A stretch of 63,018 nt of DNA, filler included, from Octopus bimaculoides (lineage: Eukaryota): assembly GCF_001194135.2 (NCBI RefSeq). It is 6 parts of 5 records of this genome, joined end to end, with 100 filler letters (N's around TTAATTAATTAA, not from the genome) between each part and the next. Parts side by side here need not be neighbours in the genome. Positions count along the whole stretch, not along the records: positions 26,704 to 40,763 come from NC_068989.1; positions 40,864 to 56,326 come from NC_068982.1; 4 more parts are not named here. The stretch is one strand, 5' to 3'. The first letter of the stretch is position 1, and each line of letters opens with the position of its first letter. Positions 39,577 through 49,645 of the stretch are shown one piece after another. The notes under the pieces were generated by a model, which did not search any database, was not told the origin of the DNA, and saw only the letters and a program-made list of their open reading frames with translations. Made by a program: the position numbers and the translations under genes.

Positions 39577-39679
39577 CTACAATTGCTTCGACCCATCTAG
39601 CATCGACCCTTCGTAGGTGGGGTACAATACAACTGGTTTAGGTGCATCCCTCGGTGTAGATGGGTCGAAACAATTGTAG
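39577..39679. repeat. Hairpin, 23-bp arms (1 mismatch), 57-nt loop
   Basis: CTACAATTGCTTCGACCCATCTA (39577-99) vs TAGATGGGTCGAAACAATTGTAG (39657-79). Confidence 0.85.
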
Positions 39680-39999
39680 TGGACTAAATGGACCAGGAGC
39701 ACCCACGAGGACGGAAATGTCACTGAAAAGGTCACAGATGTGTGTCAAAGATTTCCAAACAATGGACATGAGTTAAAATAAGAACAGTAATAAACGAGTG
39801 AAGAACGAAAATATAGTGCGTGTGATTATTTGGCAAAAAAGATGACTGTCCCGAAATACAACAATATCTGTTTCAACACACAGTTTCACATCAGGAGTCT
39901 TGCAACACAACTTCATAGACGTATATATATATTATGATTGACCGTTGACTGAACACTATTCAATTTTTTTTCTCCGTGTTTTTCTCCTTGTCTCCGTAT

Positions 40000-40036
40000 T
40001 CTTTCTGTTGAAGAGCGTAGCTCGAAACGTCAAAGA
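40000..40036 (+). ncRNA. Minimal type-I hammerhead-like motif (core CUGUUGA)
   Basis: TCTTT-CTGTTGA-A-GAGC gta GCTC-GAAA-C-GTC-AAAGA: 5-bp helix I, 4-bp helix II, palindromic ACGT helix III, GUC triplet; A6->U. Confidence 0.65.
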
Positions 40037-40320
40037 CTTTCCGTATTCCCGAGCGTCATACTAATATATACTTTTGTTATTTACACCACCTGTCCTCGTC
40101 TGTTGTTATTATTTGTATATTCTCCCATATATATNNNNNNNNNNNNNNNNNNNNNNNNNNNNNNNNNNNNNNNNNNNNNNNNNNNNNNNNNNNNNNNNNN
40201 NNNNNNNNNNATATATATATATATATATATATATAGGAGAATTCACGAAAAAACAACAGACGAAGACAGGTGGTGTAAACAAATGGATGTATTAGCATAA
40301 CGCTCGGGAATAAAGAAAAT

Positions 40321-40356
40321 CTTTAACGTTTCGAGCCTACGCTCTTCAACAGAAAG
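40321..40356 (-). ncRNA. Minimal type-I hammerhead-like motif (core CUGUUGA), sister copy
   Basis: CTTT-CTGTTGA-A-GAGC gtag GCTC-GAAA-C-GTT-AAAG; GUU triplet. Confidence 0.62.
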
Positions 40357-40884
40357 GAACACAGAAAGAAGCAAGGAGAGAAACAAGGAGAGAAAAATAT
40401 ATATATGTGTAGTGGTCAGCGATCTATCATGGCGAATGCCGGACAGAAGGATCACACAGGAGAGTTAAGAAGAAGGGGAGATAACAAAAAAGTAGTGATC
40501 CCAAAACGAAGGTGCGTGTGTGTGGGAGAATGCTGGTGATCTTAGCGTATGCATGTGTGTATGTAGGTGTGAAGGTGCGAAAATGTGGGGATGGGAATTG
40601 GTCAGTGCTGGTGTGTGCGTGGTGGTGTGTTGTGAAGTGATGTGTTGTGTGATGTGAAGGTGTTGGGAGGTGGGGAGGCGAAACTGGGTAAAGCATGGGT
40701 GGGGTGTGGGTTAAGCTGAGGGTGGGTAGAGGTAGGGGCATGTGGGTAGACAGAGGTTGGGATNNNNNNNNNNNNNNNNNNNNNNNNNNNNNNNNNNNNN
40801 NNNNNNNTTAATTAATTAANNNNNNNNNNNNNNNNNNNNNNNNNNNNNNNNNNNNNNNNNNNNAATCATGAATGGATGTTGTTT

Positions 40885-41222
40885 TCACAGCGATAATGCA
40901 CTTCTCAGTACATGAGTCGTTCCAGTTAGTACGATTTTTTGCACTTCCTGTAGGGATGGTAAGGCTGGTATCATTTTCAAATAGGTTTCAGTACCTTTTT
41001 TTAAACATTCCTAGAGATCCTACAACCACTGGTATGGTAGTCGCCTTGAGGTGCCACATGTTTTCAATTTCTATTAGCAAGTCTTTATATTTACCGATCT
41101 TGTCAGATTCTTTCGCCGCTATATTATGATCAGAGGGAATACTCATGTCAACTAATAAACACGTCTTCTTTGTCTGATCTTTTATTATAATATCCGGTTT
41201 ATTGGCTTTTATAGTCTTGTCG

Positions 41223-41226
<4 letters not shown>
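40885..41226 (-). pseudogene. Dong/R4-type LINE restriction-like endonuclease domain and C-terminus
   Basis: TDKTIKANKPDIIIKD..KTCLLVDMSIPSDHNIAAKESDKIGKYKDLLIEIENMWHLKATTIPVVVGSLG, then (frameshift) LQEVQKIVLTGTTHVLRSALSL*; 5' side abuts (TAA)n at 41225-41283. Confidence 0.9.
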
Positions 41227-41284
<58 letters not shown>

Positions 41285-42674
41285 AACCACATTACCATCA
41301 TTATAATTATCATTATTGTTATTAATATCATTACTATTAGTAATAGTACTAAATGCCATTTAATAGTTAAATAGAAAATACAGAATATCTGCCAGAGTTA
41401 AACTCGTGAATTCCGTCATATTTCTGTCTTTCATTCATTGATGTTGCTCAGCCATCTACTTAATCAATATATACGTATGCAGAACGATAATGTTTTTATG
41501 TGAGCAGCTAAAAGCAACATCTATACATTCCTCAAATTCCACGCTACTGATATAAATAAATAGGGGGGGAGACGTTAATGCCATCCTTCTATGTAGATGT
41601 AAAGCGCGGAATAGCCCAACATCTAAGAAATTTTCTATTCGGGCTGGTCGAGTGATAACAAGCAGAAACAATGTTACAGATAATGAAAGAAATTTCAGAA
41701 ATGATCTAATTATAAATCTCACAGAGGGACGTAAGTAGCAGTGTTACGATAACGCAGTTGTATACTGTCAACTTAATGCAACAATTCCTATTAGGGAATC
41801 ATACTGCTGGTATTTAACCCTAGGAAGCTGGACTGCCTCCTGTCGGCCTTGCCACATTTTCTGTGTCCTTATATTTGTGAGGGGGAGACGAGCATCCCCA
41901 CCCAGCCTAACCTGCATCCAGGGACATGTTTTGGAGTCATTGCTCGTCATCAACCTGAAGCAGTACGACCAGCTGGCTGAAGATGCCTGTCAACCTCTCA
42001 CCCCCATACCGAAATAAGATGGAGAAAGGATAAATTCAAAGGCTGTAAATCTTCTTCGAAGTCTGAAAGTCTAATGTACCTCAAGAGTTTAAATGAATCC
42101 CTAAGTCGTAGAGAGACCTGTCTGCCATGCATGGTCTGTCCATGTGGCTCAGAATCAAAAGTATTCTGTTTTCCAATGCAAAAGAAATCTATTGGGTTAG
42201 GTTTAGTTAGGTTAGCTCAACTCGATGACACATTAAATCTAATAGATGTAACGGTATGGGTTTACACTTTTAGCTTTCTGGGTTGTGACCGTACAAATTA
42301 TACACTTATTTGATATTAATTCGAATGAAGAAATCCATATTCAGTATTTCCACTTGAAGGTAGCTTAAAAGATTGATCTCATCACATGGCACACAGGTCA
42401 CATGGTGCCTATATCTTTGTGAACTAAGAAGACTGATTTAGTAGTAGGTCAATCAAAAATTGCTGTCCTATTTCCGCTTGTTTTGGCATATAACGTGCAT
42501 AGTGCACAAATAGCCACCTGCATTCCATATATACTGAAGCACAGCTAAAAGTATAAATATGAATATACATATATACATAGACATATATACGCACATATAT
42601 ATGCATCATACATATCTACGTGATGTATGTGTCCGTGTGTACACACACACACACACAAACACACACACGCACAC

Positions 42675-42708
<34 letters not shown>

Positions 42709-42717
42709 CTGTGTCAT

Positions 42718-42756
<39 letters not shown>

Positions 42757-43099
42757 GTCTATCTATCTATCTATCTACCTATCTATCTGTCTATCTATCT
42801 ATCTATCTATCTGTCTATCTATCTGAGGCGTGCATGTATAAATGCGTCCGTGTGGCTATTTGTGCGTTTGCATGTATGGCAAACAAATATTTGTATTCCT
42901 TTGTGACTAAAGAAAAAAAATGTAGTCTTAAAGATTGCGTGTCATCTGAAGGGTATTTTTAGTTTATTGCTGTCACGTATCCTTTTCATTCCATTTTCTT
43001 TCACGTCTCAGATGCAATGCCACAAGTTTTCGTCCTTTTAAAGTGCAGTTCACACAACGGTACAATAGAATATCACAACTCTCTACGTTAAAAGTGTTG

Positions 43100-43716
43100 C
43101 TTCTTGTTCTTGTTCTTGTTCTTGTTCTTGTTCTTCTTGTTCTTGTTCTTGTTCTTCTTCTTCTTCTTGTTCTTCTTCTTCTTCTTCTTCTTCTTCTTCT
43201 TCTTCTTCTTCTTCTTCTTCTTCTTCTTCTTCTTCTTCGTCTTCTTCTTCTTCTTCTTCTTCTTCTTCTTCTTCTTCTTCTTCTACTTCTTCTTTTTCTT
43301 CTTCTTCTTCTTCTTCATCTTCTGCCTCCCCCTTCTTCTTCTTCTTCCTCCTTCCTCCTTCTTCTTTTCCACCATCACTCCACNNNNNNNNNNNNNNNNN
43401 NNNNNNNNNNNNNNNNNNNNNNNNNNNNNNNNNNNNNNNNNNNNNNNNNNNNNNNNNNNNNNNNNNNNNNNNNNNNNNNNNNNNNNNNNNNNNNNNNNNN
43501 NNNNNNNNNNNNNNNNNNNNNNNNNNNNNNNNNNNNNNNNNNNNNNNNNNNNNNNNNNNNNNNNNNNNNNNNNNNNNNNNNNNNNNNNNNNNNNNNNNNN
43601 NNNNNNNNNNNNNNNNNNNNNNNNNNTTCTTCTTCTTCTTCTTCTTCTTCTTCTTCTTCTTCTTCTTCTTCTTCTTCTTCTTCTTCTTCTTCTTCTTCTT
43701 CTTCTTCTTCTTCTTC
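43100..43716. repeat. (TTC)n/(TTG)n trinucleotide expansion spanning a gap
   Basis: Directly visible; N gap 43384-43626. Confidence 0.95.
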
Positions 43717-43726
43717 CTTTTCTCAC

Positions 43727-44080
43727 AACCTCGCAAGTGGGAATTTCCTTCAGTACGAGTAGCCCATCCCGCTCAAAATGTCACTGAATAAAGGTCGTTT
43801 AAGGATGTTGAGCAAAACACCCACGTTTCCACAGGTGAATTACTAAAATCCCAAAGGATTCTTCTCAGGATAGGGCTACGGTGCTACCCAACCACTTCTG
43901 CTCGTGATCAGAGATGTACCTATCATCAGCCACTAAGGGACATGCTGAACTGGTTAAGGTGAATCAACTGACGTGCAAATCTGTGGTATTGAGCAAAATA
44001 TTTGACGTTGCCTATCGTTTATACCAAAACAAAACAATGTTGATGATAACACTTTCAATTAGATAAGACGAGAAGCCATG
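43727..44080. repeat. Unclassified dispersed repeat E, copy 2
   Basis: Aligns with 3250-3611. Confidence 0.75.
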
Positions 44081-44187
44081 GGAGACACTTCCTGGCATTG
44101 CATCAGGGTATTTATTAGTGTTGTTGTTGCTTTGAGGCGTAGTTATTGTTATTCTTTATTATTATTGTTGTTGCTTTGAGACCATAG

Positions 44188-44310
44188 TTAGCACGCGTGG
44201 CAAAATGCTTAGCCGTATTCCACCGTCTTTACGTTGTGAGTTCGAATTCCACTGGGGTCGACACGGCCCCATATCCTATCGGAGTTTATGAAATCAGTAC
44301 CAGTTGCACA
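44188..44310 (+). mobile_element. SINE family A, partial
   Basis: GTTAGCACGCGTGGCAAAATGCTTAGCCGTATT..GTGAGTTCGAATTCC. Confidence 0.65.
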
Positions 44311-44654
44311 AGAGTATATCAACAATTTTCCTGTTTAGTTTGATATTCTGACGCCTAATTTAGTAAGCGTCTTGACGCCAATGTTTCGCTGCGAAAGGAT
44401 GTTTAATGAGATCGAAATATATCCTTATATTTCGAAATAGCAAAAATATTACTAGCAAAGTTGTATTTTATTACTCGTATTCCAACGTTCATTACATTAA
44501 ATATACCAATAGTAAACGTACATCATGGGCTTGAATAATTTGATTTCTCATACGTGCAGTAAGTATTGAACTGCCTAAGGATATTCCTTATCGAGATCAA
44601 TATATCAGTCTTTACGTTCAAGGATAGAGAATGTTAAAATGGTGTGGGAGGAAG

Positions 44655-44787
44655 GTTTAGGGAAATTACCCGGTACTTTGTATGTATCTATCTTTCATTA
44701 CAAGTGTTTTCTTCCCAGTCACCATCCACACGGGGGCTGTACATTCTTGGACACATTCATTCAATTGAACTGCTAGTCTTTCATGCA
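44655..44787 (-). pseudogene. Short Dong/R4-type LINE fragment (start of RT)
   Basis: LHERLAVQLNECVQECTAPVWMVTGKKTLVMKDR, homologous to CHARIAAQLNTLL..PEWLTMGRTVLCLKK at 5926-6040. Confidence 0.65.
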
Positions 44788-45975
44788 AATCGTGGCTATA
44801 TTCGAGATTGTGATATAAGTAAACAAAAAGCTTATGCTATACCATACTGTCTATATCTGCTGTGACGATAAAGGCCAGTGAAACATCGGCAATTGTTTTA
44901 TGTAGTGCTTCGATAAAGAATATTATGAAGTTTTAGAGCCTAAATATTTTCCACGTTCTTCTTATTGTTATTTGAGTAAATTCTGTTGAAAATTGTTGTC
45001 ACCTGTCTTACTTTCAATATAGTTTCTTTGTTACATTCAATGAATCTATCTTAGCTAGTTGTTTGATTTCTTTTGTGACGTTTTACAACGTATAGAGGCG
45101 CAGAGTAAGTAAAAAAGAAATGAAGGTATGGTTAACTTAATAACAGTGAGATAAGTGCGTATACGAGGCTTGTGGTGAAGAAATGAATAAAAGAGAGCTA
45201 TATACGCACCATGAAAAAAAAGAATACTATATCTTTTAAAATTACTATTCAGCCCATCTTTCTGTATAAGTATCGAGAAATTTAATATAATCTGAACTAT
45301 AGTTATTGTATGTATGCTATATTTCCTTATATTATCCATGGCGGCCAAATGTATATTTCAAATATTACCTATCACACGACATGCTATAATATTTTTTTCT
45401 GGTTTCATACAGTCATTATATTAAAGTTGACATATGTTCATGCACTAACGCATGATATTTAGCAAAATTGTTTTTTATAGTTTTTAATATGAAGTTAGTA
45501 TCATTGCAATATTATTGTGACAGTCTACATTTAAACGCATAAATTATATTTTTCTCTATCTACCTCCTTATCTAAGAACATTAAAAACTGAAAACCCCTG
45601 CTTGATGACATAATGATGTTAGCCATTCCCTCAAGATTCAGGAATTACACATATTGTATTCAATATTACACATATTGTCAGAATCAGTAGAGTGCCGGAC
45701 AAAAGGATTGAAAGATATTAGTTATAGTGTTTTAAATTCTACCTGCAGCTCACACAGAAGTCGATTGCGTTTTTCATCCTTTTGCAGTCAAAAAATAAAT
45801 GAAATGAGCCAAGCACATGTATCAATTTACTTACATGTATACACCCATTTAATGTGAGTAGTTGGCTATGATAGCATCAATGATACATTGATCTGCATAT
45901 ATGTCATTCCACGAGCAAAATTGCGTTACGACCTTTTCTATTGTATATGATCTCTCATAAACGCAATTTCTGTGA

Positions 45976-46126
45976 TAACATGAACAGTAGTACCGTGTTT
46001 ACAGGGTGCATCATTCTCTACTCTGGTTTCAGAGGCAAATGCACCGTTTACACGGGTCCAGAGCTGAAAGCTGAAGAAAACAATACAACACATAACATTA
46101 GATGTATGAAACTCTCTTACTTTCTG
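45976..46126 (+). repeat. 151-bp segment duplicated at 47075-47225
   Basis: TAACATGAACAGTAG...CTCTTACTTTCTG, one mismatch (GAGG vs GAAG). Confidence 0.95.
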
Positions 46127-47037
46127 TCTAACTTCACAAGTGCTACAGCTGTTTGAAATACGAAGCGTTTTCCCTTGTACCCTGTACTATATGAAAATAC
46201 TCTTCTTAATGTGTTTCAGAATTAGAGAAGTAATTTTAGTTCACCTGCGTAAACATCATAAATAAAGAAATTGGAGTCTTTGTTACATTTGTCGCAATGT
46301 TTTCTAGTCTGCTGAATGACACAGTAAACAGACAGAATTAAGTGTATGCTGCCGAAGAATGGAGAACACCACAACGTGAAGATGTGAAATATCTACACTT
46401 AATTTAGGTTTTGCTCCAGGTCCTGCGCTTGAACGGATGGAGCCAGTAATGCAAATTGAGACTAAGTAAAGCAGAGGATTACATTTAAGAATGGGAAAAC
46501 GTTGTTAAGCAGATTTGCTTTGTAAATATTCGAGAACCATGAATAGAATGGCAATACGAACTTTTCCGCAACAGCCGAATATAATAAACATTTGTAGAAA
46601 TATGAGGATAAGAGGGATGTGTATTAGTCTATTAAATTAAACATTTTTGATAACAACAGCAGCAATAATGATAATACTAACAACAACAATAAGAATGATA
46701 ATAATAATACTAATTATAATAATAACAACAACAATAATAATAGTAATAAACAATGGAAAACATTATTATGAACTAAGTATTGCCCTACCGACAGCGTATT
46801 TAAAAAATAGCCTGTTTTAAAAATGTTTAAACTGAAAGAAAATAGATTTGTAAATACAGTTGTAATTCCAAGCGTTTGATTCATATAATATATATATAGA
46901 CACTCAAAGAGAGAAAAAGAATATACAGTAAATTTAAATGATAAGCTTTAAAATTATTATTAAACCTTGGGAGAGGCATTATGCCGGTAATAAACACACG
47001 CACTGGTTCAGTCCTTTATTAATTTATATAGTTTTTT

Positions 47038-47078
47038 GTTAAATTATTTCATTGCACTCTTGCAATCTCTTCAGTAAC
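47038..47078 (-). ncRNA. Minimal hammerhead-like motif (canonical CUGAAGA core), left-arm copy
   Basis: Exact reverse complement of 47241-47281. Confidence 0.62.
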
Positions 47079-47240
47079 ATGAACAGTAGTACCGTGTTTA
47101 CAGGGTGCATCATTCTCTACTCTGGTTTCAGAAGCAAATGCACCGTTTACACGGGTCCAGAGCTGAAAGCTGAAGAAAACAATACAACACATAACATTAG
47201 ATGTATGAAACTCTCTTACTTTCTGGAAGTGGAGAGACAA

Positions 47241-47281
47241 GTTACTGAAGAGATTGCAAGAGTGCAATGAAATAATTTAAC
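47241..47281 (+). ncRNA. Minimal hammerhead-like motif (canonical CUGAAGA core)
   Basis: GTTA-CTGAAGA-G-ATTGCA agag TGCAAT-GAAA-TA-ATT-TAAC: 4-bp helix I, 6-bp helix II, AUU triplet, AATAAA ~17 nt downstream. Confidence 0.65.
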
Positions 47282-47472
47282 AAAAAACTATATAAATTAA
47301 TAAAGGACTGAACCAGTGCGTGTGTTTATTACCGGCATAATGCCTCTCCCAAGGTTTAATTGTATTTCTTTCAACACACGTATCCACATCAAGAATCTTG
47401 CACACGAAATACACATACGAAATTTAAAATTATTGTTTCATGCATTATTTACATTATTTACATTTGACGGTA

Positions 47473-47516
47473 ACACAAAGTTTCGGCTGATATACCCTCC
47501 AGCCTTCATGAGGTGT
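47473..47516 (-). ncRNA. Hammerhead-like motif in element Q (core CUCAUGA, probably decayed CUGAUGA)
   Basis: ACAC-CTCATGA-A-GGCTG gagggtatat CAGCC-GAAA-C-TTT-GTGT: 4-bp helix I, 5-bp helix II; G5->C and a non-pairing helix III in this copy. Confidence 0.65.
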
Positions 47517-47589
47517 CTTGGGGAAATTTCAAACCTGGGTTCTCATTCCTAAGGTATTTTTCGATGTTGCTATTATTATTATTATTATT

Positions 47590-47657
47590 CAGGTCACTGC
47601 TTGGAATCGAACTCAGAATTTTGGGGTTAGTAGACCGCGCTCTTAACCACTACCCCA
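47590..47657 (-). promoter_or_regulatory. tRNA-like internal Pol III promoter (A and B boxes)
   Basis: A-box-like TGGGGTAGTGG (47657-47647), anticodon-like CTACTAA loop, B box GAGTTCGATTCC (47614-47603). Confidence 0.6.
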
Positions 47658-48093
47658 AGATGAGCGCAATTATTCGTCAAATGTAAATAATGTTAATAAT
47701 GTGCATAATTCCTCATCTCTTAAATATCGAATTTGTTTCATATTCTATATTATTAGAACCGAGCTTACAATATTGCTAGGAGTAAAACTGTTGGAGTAAA
47801 TGGAAATCTAGAAAGTTACCTCTCCAGTAACAAAAGTGGACAAATGAAAGATATCTTTCGTTTGGCTCAACTGAAGGATACTGTGACTTATGTAAAAGTC
47901 ACCGAGCAAAGATCAAATCCCCAAAAATGGGCACAACAAAAATGTGCATATGTCGTTTGTGAAGGGTGTGTTGTATGAAATAATGCTAGGTGTTAATATA
48001 CATGCATATATATATAATGTGTGTTCGAGTGTGTGTGTGTAAAACATACATACACACGCACAAACACACACACACACACACACACACATATAA

Positions 48094-48139
<46 letters not shown>

Positions 48140-49396
48140 CTATTATTACAGTCAACTATGTAATTGCTGTATTGTTGTGTTTGTCTAAGGTACATATTAT
48201 GCTTGAACATTCTGGAAATATTGTTTCTAACGTTATTGTCTAACAAAACAGGAAACTGGAAATTGTTTTTGTAATATTCATGAACCATTACACATGTTTC
48301 ATATTCTAATATGAATTACAAAATTTTACATGTTAGATAAACATGTAATATATTTCCTATTAAAAATTCTTCGGACATTATTATTGGATTCTCTGCCTGA
48401 ATACTTACATAGAGGAAATTTTTTACAAGTTTATCTAACAGTTAAAACTTCATAATTCCCATTAGCAAATGAAACATACGTAATGGTGAATAAATAATAA
48501 CAAAAACGTTTTTTTCTGTTTTTTGCATATATGCATACATACATAATACATACATACATACATATACATACAAATACATACATATATATATATATATATA
48601 TANNNNNNNNNNNNNNNNNNNNNNNNNNNNNNNNNNNNNNNNNNNNNNNNNNNNNNNNNNNNNNNNNNNNNNNNNNNNNNNNNNNNNNNNNNNNNNNNNN
48701 NNNNNNNNNNNNNNNNNNNNNNNNNNNNNNNNNNNNNNNNNNNNNNNNNNNNNNNNNNNNNNNNNNNNNNNNNNNNNNNNNNNNNNNNNNNNNNNNNNNN
48801 NNNNNNNNNNNNNNNNNNNNNNNNNNNNNNNNNNNNNNNNNNNNNNNNNNNNNNNNNNNNNNNNNNNNNNNNNNNNNNNNNNNNNNNNNNNNNNNNNNNN
48901 NNNNNNNNNNNNNNNNNNNNNNNNNNNNNNNNNNNNNNNNNNNNNNNNNNNNNNNNNNNNNNNNNNNNNNNNNNNNNNNNNNNNNNNNNNNNNNNNNNNN
49001 NNNNNNNNNNNNNNNNNNNNNNNNNNNNNNNNNNNNNNNNNNNNNNNNNNNNNNNNNNNNNNNNNNNNNNNNNNNNNNNNNNNNNNNNNNNNNNNNNNNN
49101 NNNNNNNNNNNNNNNNNNNNNNNNNNNNNNNNNNNNNNNNNNNNNNNNNNNNNNNNNNNNNNNNNNNNNNNNNNNNNNNNNNNNNNNNNNNNNNNNNNNN
49201 NNNNNNNNNNNNNNNNNNNNNNNNNNNNNNNNNNNNNNNNNNNNNNNNNNNNNNNNNNNNNNNNNNNNNNNNNNNNNNNNNNNNNNNNNNNNNNNNNNNN
49301 NNNNNNNNNNNNNNNNNNNNNNNNNNNNNNNNNNNNNNNNNNNNNNNNNNNNNNNNNNNNNNNNNNNNNNNNNNNNNNNNNNNNNNNNNNNNNNNN

Positions 49397-49645
49397 CAAA
49401 TCGCTGATAGATTAGAGAATGTGTCTGAATTGCCGAGTCCATATTTTTTCGTGAAATTATTATTATTTGTAGTATTTTCTTCGTCATCAGCAAATGGATG
49501 GTAGAGGCATTTTTATCTTATTGTAGTCTGTTAACATTTTTTTTTCAAGGTATTTTTGTGGTCATGTTTGTTCTCCCAGTTTTTAGAATTGAATTCTGTC
49601 GGGAAAAGATTCTATCAACTATTAAGAATGAAGATAATATCAAGG
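49397..49645 (+). repeat. 249-bp exact duplicate of 50229-50477 (both abut N gaps)
   Basis: Identical by eye; the first copy starts at a gap edge and the second ends at a gap edge. Confidence 0.9.

Larger units (their letters stand above)
39963..40763. mobile_element. Penelope-type pLTR pair in inverted orientation around (TA)n/gap; right copy continues into a C-rich PLE-like 3' region on the minus strand
   Basis: 39963-40134 ~ reverse complement of 40211-40397 (roughly 80% by eye; shared TTTCTGTTGAAGAGCGTAG(G)CTCGAAACGT, TATTCCCGAGCGT, TTTACACCACCTGTC.TCGTCTGTTGTT). Confidence 0.75.
46959..47360. repeat. Perfect 120-bp inverted repeat with 162-bp spacer
   Basis: 46959-47078 is the exact reverse complement of 47241-47360 by eye. 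Confidence 0.95.
47441..47730 (-). mobile_element. tRNA-headed, hammerhead-bearing non-autonomous element Q with inverted terminal copy
   Basis: Minus strand: tRNA-like head 47657->47590, (AAT)n, hammerhead 47516->47473, AT-rich tail; 47443-47469 ~ reverse complement of 47675-47701 (27 bp, 1 mismatch). Confidence 0.7.

Noticed and set aside
43043-43787. Poly-L/K/E/F/R ORFs; likewise poly-T/V/S at 60420-61113 and YI/CV/HT/LS dipeptide ORFs throughout
   Set aside because: Translations of tri-, di- and tetranucleotide microsatellites, with no evidence of coding function
49468-49498. Minus-strand ATTTG-CTGATGA-CGAA-GAAA-ATACTA-CAAAT
   Set aside because: No helix II stem; compatible with chance
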